A DNA stretch of 64,000 nt from an uncultured Verrucomicrobiae bacterium (GCA_963702845.1 OY969763.1:4736001-4800000); one strand, 5' to 3'. Shown: positions 50,602 through 62,512, numbered from the stretch's first letter. Numbers and translations: made by a program. The notes: a model not told the origin generated them from the sequence alone.

Positions 50602-52260
50602 ATGAAAACTCCATCTTCTTTCCTGGCCGGACTTGGCATTGTCTTTTGTGCTCTTAGCCACACGCCACTGCAAGCTGCCGAGGCAACCGCGCGACCACAG
50701 GACAAACTCAATATCGTTTTCTTTCTCGTCGATGATTTGGGCTGGGCTGACCTCGGCTATGAAGGAAGCACGCTTTATCACACTCCAAATATCGACTCGT
50801 TCGCAAAACACGGTGTGCGCTTTTCGTCTGCCTATTCCACCTGTCCGGTTTGTTCTCCCAGCCGTGCCAGTATTTTGACGGGAGAATATCCCGCTCGACT
50901 TCATTTGACCGACTGGCTGCCCGGCCGAAAAAATTTCCCGTTTCAAAAACTAAAGAACGCCGGAACTGTCCAGCACTTGCCTTACGATCAACCAACGTTG
51001 CCGCAAGTGCTCAAGGAAAACGGCTACCGCACTGCCATCTTCGGTAAATGGCATCTCGGCGAGGAAAAAGATTCCACCCAACGCCAGGGATTCGATTTGC
51101 ATATTCCCGATTGGAACAGAGGTTGGCCCAACGAAACTTATTTTTCGCCTTACGGCATGAAAGGATTGGAAGGCGGCCCGAATGGCGAATATCTGACCGA
51201 CCGTCTCACAACCGAAGCGTTGAAATGGGTTGAAACGAACAAAGACCAGCCGTTCTTTCTCTACCTCGCCCATTTCGCTGTACACGATCCCATCATGGGT
51301 CGCGGCGATCTCGTGGCAAAATACGAACATGAGCTGAATCACGTCCCGCATCCGAGCGGACCGCCTTACATTCTCGAAGGAAATCCCGATGATAAAAATC
51401 CGCTGTCGCCGGAAAAACTGAAGTCATTGCTACAAGAGGACAAGCGCTACGACGCGTTCGGATTGCTCCCGCAGCGCACGGTAAAAATCAAAGAGCGGCA
51501 GGACAACCCGCAATTCGCTGCCATGGTCGAAAGCATGGATGAAAGCCTCGGCCGCGTTCGCGCCAAGCTCAAGGAATTGAATCTCGACGACAAAACAATC
51601 GTCATCTTTTTCTCCGATAACGGTGGCATGTCTGCCGCGAATTTGGGCAATCCGCAGAAAAGCATTCCACCGTCCAAATTGGACAAGCAGTTTTCCACTT
51701 CCAATCTTCCGTTACGCGGTGGGAAAGGCTGGCTTTATGAAGGCGGCATTCGTGAACCGCTTATTATCTATTGGCCGCACGCCGCGAACAACGGAACGGT
51801 TTGTGATGCGCCGGTCATCGGCACGGATTTTTATTCGACCATCCTGGATATGCTTCGACTCCAACCCAAACGAGCCGCTGACGACGGCACGGACGGCGTC
51901 AGTCTTGTGCCGTTGCTGAAGGCGGAGAAAGAAACAACCGATAAAATGGCAACGCGCGCCATCTACTGGCATTGGCCGCACTACAGCAATCACGGCGCGC
52001 AAAGTCCCGGTGGCGCGGTTCGCGTTGGCAATTACAAATTGATCGAATATTACGAAAACAACACCGTGCAATTGTTCGACCTGCAGAATGATCCGAGCGA
52101 ACAGCACGACATCTCTCATACCGTACCGGATAAAGCGCAGGAACTTACCGCCATACTCCACGCATGGAGAAAAAGCGTGAACGCGGAAATGCCGGTTCCG
52201 AATCCTGATTATGATCCGGCGAAAAAATGGCCGGTTAGTAAGCTCAGAGACGAACCTTAA
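50602..52260 (+). CDS. Sulfatase
   Basis: Signal peptide; NIVFFLVDDLG, CSPSRASILTG.YP, GKWHLG, SDNGG motifs. Confidence 0.95.
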   Translation: MKTPSSFLAGLGIVFCALSHTPLQAAEATARPQDKLNIVFFLVDDLGWADLGYEGSTLYHTPNIDSFAKHGVRFSSAYSTCPVCSPSRASILTGEYPARLHLTDWLPGRKNFPFQKLKNAGTVQHLPYDQPTLPQVLKENGYRTAIFGKWHLGEEKDSTQRQGFDLHIPDWNRGWPNETYFSPYGMKGLEGGPNGEYLTDRLTTEALKWVETNKDQPFFLYLAHFAVHDPIMGRGDLVAKYEHELNHVPHPSGPPYILEGNPDDKNPLSPEKLKSLLQEDKRYDAFGLLPQRTVKIKERQDNPQFAAMVESMDESLGRVRAKLKELNLDDKTIVIFFSDNGGMSAANLGNPQKSIPPSKLDKQFSTSNLPLRGGKGWLYEGGIREPLIIYWPHAANNGTVCDAPVIGTDFYSTILDMLRLQPKRAADDGTDGVSLVPLLKAEKETTDKMATRAIYWHWPHYSNHGAQSPGGAVRVGNYKLIEYYENNTVQLFDLQNDPSEQHDISHTVPDKAQELTAILHAWRKSVNAEMPVPNPDYDPAKKWPVSKLRDEP

Positions 52261-53739
52261 TTAAAAGTCGTCCGTGCGAAAGGGCGACGCCGGCAATCCG
52301 GCTTCGTTCCACAAGTTCACCACGGGATAATCGGCCCAGCCGTACCGAACCGCGACCGGTTTTTGCACAGCAGGACTGCTCACGACAATTTCGTTTTTGC
52401 CTTCGATCTCCGCGAGAGCCCAAACAAATTTGTGATCTGGCCCGCAAATCGCAAAACCTTTTAACGCACCCCCCTGCGACACCAAACCGCCATCAACATT
52501 GTCAAATGTCAGAATGATTTTGTCGCCCTTAACGCGCATGCCGCTATAAGTCGGTCCGGAATAATCAATGCCTTCGCTATAAGCGATTTTGCGCGCAGCG
52601 AGTTCGAGCCGTTGTCCGACCGGCTGCTTCCTCGTCGGATGAATATCATGTTCTGAGCCGACATCCGTGATCACCGCCATCCCCACCTTCGGCAGGGCAT
52701 GTGTCAGGAATGATTGTGATTCGCGCAACATCGCCCAATCGCTGTCCTGGGGCTGATGTTGGATATCTTTGAAAGGCGCAAGTTGAACGATCAGGAACGG
52801 AAAATCATGACCGAATTCCATCCGCCATTTCGTGATCATGGTTGCAAGCAACAGGCGATATTCTTTGGCTTTTTGACCATGCGCATTGGCTTCACCTTGA
52901 TACCAAATGGCACCGCGAAACGCGAAAGGCACCAGAGGCGCAATCATGCCGTTATAAAGTTCGCCTGGACGCCAAGCTTTGCGCTGTTTGCCGAGATTGG
53001 TAGGCGCCTTGTCGCCGCCCTTCATGTATTCGTCGATGTAATGCGCTTTTAAAGTCGGGCTTGCCGCCAGCGTGATCCACGGCGTCCACGCCTCCGCCGG
53101 AGTGCCGCCCCAGTCCGATTCAATGATCCCCACCGGAACATGACGATCCCGGTGCAACGCGCGCGCGAAGTAGTAAGCGACAGCTGAAATGTTCGCAGCG
53201 CTCTCCGGTGTGCACGTCGTCCAGGTAGCTTGGATGTTGTTCGCTGGAGAATCCAAACGCGTATTAGGAACGTCTATGAACCGAATATTAACATCGGTGG
53301 CGGTCGCGATGTCCTGTTCAGCCTGGAACGAGCGCTTCAGTTTGAACTCCATGTTCGACTGGCCACTGGCCAACCAGACTTCGCCAACGACAACATTTTT
53401 GAACTGGATGGTTTTGCCATTGCCTGAGGCAATGGTGAGTGTATTCGCTTCGTCTCCGCCTTGCAGGTAGTGGAAGTTCACCATCCACCGGCCATTCTTC
53501 ACCCGCGACTTCGCGCTATGTTTGCCGTAAGTGACGGTGACAACTTCTCCTTCCGGTCCCCAACCCCAAATCGGAACGGCCATTCCCTGTTGTAGCACCA
53601 TGTTATCTGAAAAAATATTGGGCACCCCCACCTCGCTATATTTCGAGGGATGCGCGTATTGCAGTCGCTGTGGGCTTTGACAAGCAGTGAGTGCGACGAC
53701 CGCAACCGCAAGAACGAGCTGTAATTTTCTCAGAATCAT
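52261..53739 (-). CDS. Sialate O-acetylesterase (SASA) family lipoprotein
   Basis: FSDNMVLQ, GEVWLASGQSNM, WGGT.AEAW, WYQGEAN, DIHP, LPASPFRTD motifs; lipobox LTAC. Confidence 0.9.
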   Translation of the reverse strand: MILRKLQLVLAVAVVALTACQSPQRLQYAHPSKYSEVGVPNIFSDNMVLQQGMAVPIWGWGPEGEVVTVTYGKHSAKSRVKNGRWMVNFHYLQGGDEANTLTIASGNGKTIQFKNVVVGEVWLASGQSNMEFKLKRSFQAEQDIATATDVNIRFIDVPNTRLDSPANNIQATWTTCTPESAANISAVAYYFARALHRDRHVPVGIIESDWGGTPAEAWTPWITLAASPTLKAHYIDEYMKGGDKAPTNLGKQRKAWRPGELYNGMIAPLVPFAFRGAIWYQGEANAHGQKAKEYRLLLATMITKWRMEFGHDFPFLIVQLAPFKDIQHQPQDSDWAMLRESQSFLTHALPKVGMAVITDVGSEHDIHPTRKQPVGQRLELAARKIAYSEGIDYSGPTYSGMRVKGDKIILTFDNVDGGLVSQGGALKGFAICGPDHKFVWALAEIEGKNEIVVSSPAVQKPVAVRYGWADYPVVNLWNEAGLPASPFRTDDF

Positions 53740-53903
53740 GTGCTGAGCGTGCCATGAAGAAAGTTTTCGCATCAAGCGGTTTGTAGTTCCGGCTTTAACC
53801 GGTTCTGTGATGGGGGCCAACCCGCAGTCCCTTGAGACCATCGATCAATGTGCTTTTGACACCCTCACGACACGTGAGATAATCCGCAGGGCAAAATCCA
53901 AAT

Positions 53904-56850
53904 ATGCAACTAAGGACAATTCTTTGCGCACTGGCGGTGTGCATTTCATTCACGGTCTTTGCAGACAACGTCACACTGATCGACCTGAAACCATTCGTCG
54001 GCCGCTCCCCTTTCGACATCATCAAAGCGAATTGGTTGTTACCGCGCGGCAATCACGTATTCGACGGCGTGCCATGGAAAATTGACGGTATGATTTTACT
54101 CTACGGGACCAACCCGGTGCAGAAAAGCAAACCAGCGCGCACAAACATCAACGACATCCCAGTCGGTCGAAAGTTCGAAGTGCTACATTTGCTCGCCGCC
54201 GCCCAGCAGACATCGACTGACGGGACTGTTATTGCTAAAGTCCACCTCAACTACGCCGACGGCACCGAGACGACCCTCGACATCCGCTACGGAAATCAGG
54301 TGCTCAATTACATCGGCCCGTGGCACAGAGCCGAGAAGCCCCTGAAAGACAAAACGGTTCACCAGGCATGGCACGCGCAATTCGGCCCATCAGCAAATCA
54401 CGACGAGTATTTGCGATTGTTCCATGTGCCGCTGATCAATCCACACCCCGACAAAGACGTTCGCGCCATTTCGTTGCAATCGACAAAAAAAGCCGCGGCG
54501 CTGATCGTTGCAGCAATCAGCGTCGGTTCATCGAATCAACAATCACTACCCAACGAAGACCTGGGCAAAGCGCCCTTTCCGGATTTGCGTCCGCGTTCTG
54601 GTGAATTAGCTACCGGGGAAGGTTTTGTTTATACGCCAGATGGAAAACCAATTAGCGGCGCGCTAGCGAAAGTTGTTGCGGCGCGGAATTACAGCAGCGG
54701 AACACTAACGGAAAATGAAAACGACGCAGAAACGACAACCGACAGCAATGGACATTTTACACTGCACAATTTGCCAGACGACAATGCGTATCGGGTGTTA
54801 ATCGCAGCGGCCGGTTTTCAACCTTACGTGTACCACGGGATCGATGCCAAATCAGATCCGGTTCAAGTGCGACTGGAGAACGCTACCAACCACATCGGAA
54901 CGTTTGCCGCGCGCGCGCGCATCGTTGACCTCAACGGAAAACCCATTCCTCATGCCATGGTAGAACGTGACGGCGTTGGCTATGGCACCGGCAGCACGAG
55001 TTGGGGAGAACAAGACGTTCCTGAGTACGTCCGTGGCAGACACGAATGGGGAATTCGTTTTATCGCGCGACAAGGCGTTCAACCGTGTGCAGGTGAAAAT
55101 CCGCGTTCCAGGGCTTGCGCCGTTGCACGATTGGATTTCAGTAACGAACAAGGCCACAGTGCTGGAGATGGGCGCAGGCGCGACCCTTCGTGGACGAGTC
55201 TTTGATTTCGATGGCAAACCTCTCGGCAACGTTAAGCTCGGAATCACCGGGGTCGATCGAAACTCGGAACTCTTCGCCGGCTCTTATAACACCATGGCCG
55301 ATGCAGACGGCACCTTTGAATTCAAGCACGTCATGCCCCGAATCTCATGGAATTTATACGGCACCGTCACTTCGTTCAAAAAATACGGCGCTCTGCCCGC
55401 GCGGAAAATTATGTCCGGCGCGCACGGCACCGTGAGCGAATTGGGCAACTTGCAGGTCGTCACAGCGTTGCGTCTGGCTGGTCAGGTCAAAACCAGGAGC
55501 GGCGGATCACTCCCAAAAAATCTTACGCTACGTCTCGGCATCGCCAGCGAAGCCGACGGCGAAACTGCCACAGTCGACAAAAATGGGAATTTCGATTTCC
55601 CCGGTCTGTATGCCGCCTCCCTTGACATTTATCTCAACAACGACGGTTGGAAATTGTCTGGAATCAATCGCAGTTTGTCTTTTTGGAACCCCTGGGAGCT
55701 CGTCGGAAAGCTGGAGAAAACTAAAACCGATATGGTGATCAAGATCGAGAAAGGCAGCCGCGATTACGAATATGATAACGACAACGGGAACATGCCCGAC
55801 ACGGATAATCCGTCGAACAGGGAGATTGGTGGTGTGGAAAATCTCGAAGCTAGCGCGATCATCCTCGCTGGTTCCGTGATTGACGAAAAAACAGGCACGC
55901 CGCTCGCCAATTGCAAGATTGTGCCCGGATACAAACCATCCGCTGCAGCCTGGGGGATGGCAGGCACGAGCGCCCCGGAAAAGAACGTCTTCCAAAAGCT
56001 GTTGGAGCCGCTGAAAAAAAAGCAGGATAACTGGTGGGAAAAACCGTATTGGATGCCAGCACGCGCCGAGCACCTCACAAACGGAACCTTTTCGATCCCT
56101 TTCGTTCCGTTGCAAAGCAAGCCCATGTTGCGAGTCGAGGCCGATGGATACGAACCGTTCATTTCAGAACCGGCCCCAACTAGCACGAATATAACCATCC
56201 GGATGAGTCGTGGCCATGGTCCGACCGGAACCGTACTATTGCCCGACGGCAAGCCGGCCACGAAGGCGCAAGTGCTCTATGCCGCCGGATCCGAACAATT
56301 TGGATTGTCCGGTCGGAAATTAGATTTATACGGTTCTCACACGAACGCGTTGGTCCGAACAGCGGCTGATGGAACGTTCACATTCATGGCCCGCGCCAAC
56401 GGCAACCGCTTGTATTTTTCACACCCAACAGGATACGCAGAACAACCTGTGCGCGAAAAAAACCAAAAAGTCGAAGTGCAATTAAAACCTTGGGCGGCAC
56501 TGTCCGGCACGCTCATACAGAGCAACGGTCTGGCCGCCACCGGTGTCCCGTTAGGCCTCACTTTCTACAATGGGACCGACTACGATGGCTCACAACCACT
56601 GCTCCATTACAACGACGGCGAGTGCACCACCGATAGCAAAGGCCACTTCTTTTTCACGAATGTTCCGCCTCGTCGCGTGCAGATTGAACGCATCGTCCGA
56701 AGTGGACGAGGCGGAGGATGGAGTTCGGTGCTGCAAACGTGGACGGAAGTTGAACCCGGCGTGACGAATGACTTGGGCAAAATTACCTACGACCAACCGC
56801 CGGCCAAACCGGTCTTGGAGCAGTTAAAGGAGAAGATGGGGCTGCAGTAA
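53904..56850 (+). CDS. Large secreted protein with carboxypeptidase-regulatory-like (beta-sandwich) repeats, frameshifted near 55030
   Basis: Signal peptide; repeated G.V...DGKP...A.V / T.D.NG.F motifs. ORFs 53904..55205 and 54967..56850 join on removing one base (..VPEYV/VADTNGEF). Confidence 0.7.
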
Positions 56851-56892
56851 ATTCAAAACAACGACACGTAACACCTGCGAACCGAACGCGTT

Positions 56893-59800
56893 TTATTTTA
56901 ACTTCTGCCCAACTTCTTCCACCCAAACCGTAGGCGGCAACGCATACGGGCGGAACGTCTCGAGTTGCCCCTCTTGCTCGTTATAGAACAACGCGCGGTG
57001 CAAGCCGAGGCTGCCCGCTTTCGGATTATCAATTAGGCTCGCCGAATCACTGGCGCTCATCTGGAACAGCACGCGCATTTCAAATTCCGTCAGGGCTTTG
57101 CGGCTGAGGAACCGGTTCACGTTGTTGTAAGTGTCGCAAGTGACGATCACGTGAATGCCCACGCTCGGACCCTCGTTGATTAATTGATTGAGCAGCGCCG
57201 ACGGTGCCGCAGCTGTTTCCGCGCTGCTCGAAAAGGAAAAATCTTCTTCGTAACGCAATTTGCCGAACCGCTGAACGTCGCGGATGAAGATAAACATCGA
57301 AGGCGCATCGGCGGGATTTGGAGACTCCGCGCGACTACGCATTTCAGCGACAACCTTCGCGAACGTTTCACCAATGTCGTGCGGCGTCAATCGAGTCACC
57401 TCATGCGGAATCGCCGCAACCACGCGATTGACCAGGTCCGCCTGATTCGAATCCGGCGGCGAACTGTCGAGAACCATAAACCGCACCGCATCTTTCGGAA
57501 ACTGCGCCGCCAATGAAATCATTCCAGTCGTGACGATGCTCAGCACCGCCTCTTCGCGTTGGCCCACGATCAATAAATTGTTGCCGCTTTGCCGGCGGAA
57601 CACCGCTTCCGTCGGGCCTTTGATCGAGTTTGGCGCACCCAGCCACATGTGGGCGAGGTCCGGTTTCTTAGTGGGTGGCGATTGCAGCAGTTGAGCAAAC
57701 GCGACATTGTCGCGGACGTCCGCCGGGGCGTCGCCTTCGTAAACAAGCGGCGCAGGAAACCGTTTACCGCTTTGTGCCGCTTGCTTGTCGCACGCGTTCC
57801 AGATAAGTGTCGCGTTCCTCATCCGAAAGCCACACCGCCTGAAACGGACTGTTCGCTTCGAGCGCGCCGGCGCTGTCGTTATAAATACCTTCGCCGGGTC
57901 GCGTCAGCATGCGCGGCGCGGGATTGCTATCATCCATGATCAGGTAGGCATCGGCTTCGTTACATTGCAGCGCGATGCGAATGACCATCTGCCCAAGCGT
58001 CGTGCGCGCGACCGTGTAAGCGCCGCCCAACGTCTGCGAACCAAGGATGACGTGAATACCGAACGCGCGACCCTGCCGGACAATGCGGTCCAACAACACG
58101 GAAGCACTTTGGAAAATCTTATCGTCCTCAGTGAAAAATTCCTGGAATTCGTCGATCAGCAGCAAGGTCCGCGGCATCGGTTGTCCGGTTGCTTTACGAT
58201 AACCCGGAAGGTCCTGAACGTTATGTTCGCGGAACAATTCACCACGCCGCTTCAATTCCGCGTCGAGTCGCTGGAGCACGCTCAAACCAAATTCGCGATC
58301 GCTTTCAATCGCGACAACACGCGCGTGCGGCAATTGGTGCGTGGCGTAACTCTTAAATTCCACACCCTTCTTGAAATCGATCAAATAAAATTCAACCTGC
58401 TCCGGACTGCACCACAAAGCCAGGTTCGTGATCATCACGTGGAACAGCGTCGATTTGCCCGAACCGGTTTTACCCGCGATCAGCGCATGTTGCCGCGTGC
58501 CTTTGCCAATCGCCAGATACTGGAACTTCGTTGCGCCGGTGCGACCAATCGGCACTCGCAATTCGTTGCCCGTGTCGAGCGACCACAGTTCTCCGTCATG
58601 CGGCGCGACGTGCTCGAATGGAACTTCAACGCGGTTCGAATCACGACTGCTTCGCCCGACTTTGTGAATCAATTCAGTCGCCAGTTCCGCAGTCGGCGGC
58701 TCGTCCAATGTAACATTCACACCCGGCAACGATTCTCCTTCGATCAGGTAATTCGTCAGCGTTTCGCGCGGCACAGGTTTGCTGACGATATGCGCCCCGC
58801 TCTTGCGCAAATCCTCCGCCACCGCCGGGTCCAGACGCTGCCGCGTGTCCCAATGAATCAACGTATACACCCCACAACGCGCTCCGCTCGTCGCGATGCT
58901 CATCAGCCGTCGAATCGCGACCTCGCTGAAGTTGTGTGGAAAATCGGCCACGACCAAGAAATGATATTTCTCAGCGATGTTGCCCGCCTGCTCGTTATAT
59001 TCGACGATCGTGCTGTATTCATTGCGCAAATACATCTGGATGACTTTTTCCATGTGCGCGTTGAGTTCGCCCAGCTTTTGATCAATTTGCTCCGCTTGCG
59101 TCCATATCCGGCTGTTGATGAGATGCTCCTCGTGATCGGCGAGGTGCATGAAGCTGGCAAAATTTTGTCCAAGTTCAACAGGATCGATAATAGTGAAACT
59201 CAAACGTCCCGGCGGCGCCGCCGCGAGCAGGCGCAATACGATGTTGTTCAATGAACCAATCATCTGCTCGCGCCCGACGTCGCCTTCAAATAAAATCGAG
59301 CCTTGTTCCGGATACTGTCAGCAATAGCGGGACCTGAAGTTGCGACGGCCCGGGCAACTGCAACTTGCGAGTCCTTCCTGCGGGTCGCGACCAGCTTATC
59401 GACATCGACGTCCATCGAACCAAACCGCGCCACATGCTCGAATTTCGCCGGGGCAGTCCAACCCTCCACCAAATCACGACTCCACGGCGGAAACATTTTC
59501 TGAGACAACGCCGCGCTCTCCTTCAACTCGCGATAAATCGGCTCCAGCCGATTGTTCCATTCCGCGGTAATCGCGCGCATTTCATTTTCAAACGCCGCGT
59601 TATGTTTTGATTCCTGCTGCTGATAACGGTCCGTCGCCTCTTTTTTGCGCGATTCAATTTCAGCGTTGATGCGGCCCAACTCTTCATTCCGTTCGCGGGC
59701 AATCCGTTCCAGCCGCGCCTTATGCATCGCCTCGTGCCGCGCCACAACGCGCTTCCCTTTCTCTTCCACCAGAGGCTCGGAATCTATCTTATATTGCTGC

Positions 59801-60780
59801 GCTCCGTTCAGCGTCTCGCTCCACTCCTGTTGAATCCGTTCCGTTGTCGCCTGAAAATCCGATTCAATCTGCGCCAATGTCCGAACGCGCCGCGTGTCGG
59901 CCTTCTCCAAACAAATTGCGTGAAGATTACGCGCTTTGCCGAGCGCATCAGAAATTTCCTTCGCCAGCGCTCGCCCTTGCCGCGCCCCAATCTGGTGAAA
60001 TGTCCCGGCCAATACAACCAGCGCACCCGCAATTGCCGCCTGCGACCCCAGTCGTCACGGTCTGAACGCTGAGCTGGTGCAAAATCGGAACCATCGCAAA
60101 AAGCCCAGCCGCAATAATCACCCACGCGACAAAATATTTGAAAACTTTCGTGATGAGCAACCGATTGAAACGCGCAATGTTTTCATCTGCCTTCGAACGC
60201 AACTTTTGCAACTCAGTTAGTAAATCGTGTTCGTTCCCCTCGCGCTGCAAACGGCGTCGCCTGCGCCTTCGTCAACATGCGGGAAAATCTCCGGATACCC
60301 GCTGAACGAATCCTTCGCCGCAGCTTCAGACCGAAATAATGCCTCGTTCTCTTCAGCCAAATGCCGTTTGAAATCTTCACACGCGCGCTCTGTCGCGGCG
60401 ATGTCCGTTTCGCGTTTGCGTTGCGACTGCAGCGTCTCGCGTTGCAGTTTATATTTACGCGACCCCTCAATGTGTTCGATGCGTTCGATCGCCTGTTTCT
60501 TCGCGACCTTATGCGCCTTCGCAATAACGCCGCGCCGCTTCTCGTGCCGAGACTGTTCGTTTACGCCCAGCTTCTTGAACGCAACCTCTGCTTCATCCCT
60601 GCGGGCTGCCAACGTCAACGCCAACTCCTCCAAAGCCGCATCGCGATGCTTCTGATCACGCGTCAGCTTCACCTTCAATTCCTGGCCGGCCTTCTCTTCG
60701 CGCGCGGAAAGATCCGCGATGGCGCTGCGAAGTGCCTGCACCAGGTCGCGAACTTTGGAAACTCCGAGCGCGTTACTCAC
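56893..60780 (-). CDS. FtsK/SpoIIIE-family (EccC/EssC-like) membrane ATPase, ~1290 aa, split by six apparent +1 frameshifts
   Basis: Consecutive ORF fragments give a coiled coil, TM hairpin, coiled coil, a degenerate FtsK-like domain, an intact domain (HALIAGKTGSGKST, IDFKKGVEF, LLLIDEFQ, RQGRAFGIHVILGSQ) and a degenerate C-terminal domain (NEGPSVGIHVIV). Confidence 0.85.
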
Positions 60781-60985
60781 AATCTTTTTTTATTTTCGCG
60801 ATTATCTTGTCGAGTTGATCGATCACACCCGACGCGGCATTCACACTCGCGTTCAATTCTTCCATATAAAGCCGCTCGAACTCGATCGCTTTGTTATCGC
60901 GCCAATACTGCTGCGTTTCACGCCAACGATTGAACAGTTCCTGCGTCACCGAGGTCAACCGGGTTTTGTTCGCCGCAAGACTCAT
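60773..60985 (-). CDS. Small WXG100-like helical protein (W-R-D)
   Basis: 70 aa, QYWRDNKAIEF; translationally coupled on both sides. Confidence 0.7.
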   Translation of the reverse strand: MSLAANKTRLTSVTQELFNRWRETQQYWRDNKAIEFERLYMEELNASVNAASGVIDQLDKIIAKIKKDCE

Positions 60986-61548
60986 GAAGCCTCCTTCTCG
61001 TCTGTCGTTCCGGCTTCAGCAGGCGTCTCGGTCGGCTCGGCAACCGTCGTCGCAGCTCGACCAGCACTTGGCACCGTCACATTCGCGTAAGCTTCCAATG
61101 CCCGAATCGATTGCGCCAGATGCGCATGCGCCTTCGGCAATCCACTTGAAAGGAACGATTGCAAACGCTCGAGCTGCTTGGCCAGCGGCGACACTCGACT
61201 CTCAAAATCGCTGATCCATTTCTTCACGTGCGCCAGTTTCATTTCTGCGTCGGCCAGGTCCCGCTGCGCCTTCGTCACCGCCGTCCGCTCCCCCGACGTC
61301 GATTCGCGCAAGCGCGACATCTCCGCGCTGAACACCGCCTGTTTGGCCTCCTCCAACTTCAACGCGCATCGGCGCACCTGCTTTTCCCAATACATCCGCC
61401 GATCGCTCTCCAGCCACACCCGCAGGCGCACGACCTCCGAATTAATTTCATCCAACGTCGGCCGCGCCTTGTTCAAGTACAACACCAACGCCGCGCGAAA
61501 TGCGTCCAGCGCCTCGATTGACGTAATGTTTGCGCCTTGTTGGGCCAT
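60982..61548 (-). CDS. Helical coiled-coil protein, putative WXG100 partner/substrate
   Basis: 188 aa, all-helical, located between the two WXG100-like genes. Confidence 0.7.
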   Translation of the reverse strand: MAQQGANITSIEALDAFRAALVLYLNKARPTLDEINSEVVRLRVWLESDRRMYWEKQVRRCALKLEEAKQAVFSAEMSRLRESTSGERTAVTKAQRDLADAEMKLAHVKKWISDFESRVSPLAKQLERLQSFLSSGLPKAHAHLAQSIRALEAYANVTVPSAGRAATTVAEPTETPAEAGTTDEKEAS

Positions 61549-61549
61549 C

Positions 61550-61822
61550 TCAGTGCTGCTTCAAATATTCCTCAATCCGCTGCGCCTTGCGCAGCAGATA
61601 AGGCCCGTGCTGGTTCGAAAGCTCCATGAAATTGTTCAGCGTTTTTATCGTTTGCTTGAACTCCTCCGCGAATTTCACGTGCTCCTGATCCTGCCACGTG
61701 TCGCTTAACTGCGCAAAGCGCGCCTGAAGTGCCGACATTCGCGTTTGCAGGTCGGCATTGAATCGCTTGAGCTCTTCGGCAAATCGCCGCACTTGTTCGG
61801 GATCCATGATCGCCTGGGCCAT
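61550..61822 (-). CDS. WXG100-family type VII secretion target (W-Q-D variant)
   Basis: 90 aa: MAQAIMDPEQVRRFAEELKRF...LSDTWQDQEHVKF...LRKAQRIEEYL, a helix-turn-helix with central Trp. Confidence 0.85.
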   Translation of the reverse strand: MAQAIMDPEQVRRFAEELKRFNADLQTRMSALQARFAQLSDTWQDQEHVKFAEEFKQTIKTLNNFMELSNQHGPYLLRKAQRIEEYLKQH

Positions 61823-62033
61823 AAAAACTTCTTTCTCTTTTTCGTTTTGTAGTTCCGGCTGGGCCGGCGGTTTCGACATGCTCCCGCGCGCCAACGCCGC
61901 CCATTGGATATCAGCTACTAACCTCTACCTCACTAACTTTAGTGTACCAGCCTTTCCACTACACGACGAACAATTTTGTTGCGATGCCGCGCTCGGGTTT
62001 CGAAAACGTTCCCACGCGCTACCTTGGCAACGT

Positions 62034-62309
62034 ATGAAGAAATTACTATTGATTGTGGGTGCAGCGGCTTTAGCGGCTTGCACGAATCAAGGGAATAATT
62101 GCGGAACAACAATGAACGAACCGGCAGGCGCCGCCATCGGCACTAGCTCAATGTCCATGTCGGCTCGCGATATGAATCAACAACCTTATCCGGGCGCGAG
62201 CGGTCTGAATCAACAACGCGGCACCGGCTCCGCGAGCAACAGCGGCTTGCAGGGAGGCAGTATCAGCCCCATCGGCATCTCCACTGGCCCCGGCAGCCTA
62301 AATCCGTAA
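62034..62309 (+). CDS. Small low-complexity lipoprotein
   Basis: MKKLLLIVGAAALAAC lipobox; Gly/Ser/Asn-rich. Confidence 0.7.
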   Translation: MKKLLLIVGAAALAACTNQGNNCGTTMNEPAGAAIGTSSMSMSARDMNQQPYPGASGLNQQRGTGSASNSGLQGGSISPIGISTGPGSLNP

Positions 62310-62512
62310 TCTTCAGTTAACCACCTACCGTCATGCGAGTTGGCTTCGCATAAAGGGGGCAATTCGCTTTTTTGCGAATCGCCCGTCAGCAGCATTGACC
62401 TTTCAATCAATGAGTTGCATGTGTTTCCACAAATTCCAAGGTTGGCGAGGGATTTGCTATAAATGCATGTATCAGTCCTGCAAAAGAGCGTCTTTTGCAT
62501 CTCTGGTTAAAC

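Noticed and set aside
57785..59254. 489-aa plus-strand ORF
   Set aside because: Antisense shadow of the FtsK-like ATPase; no motifs.
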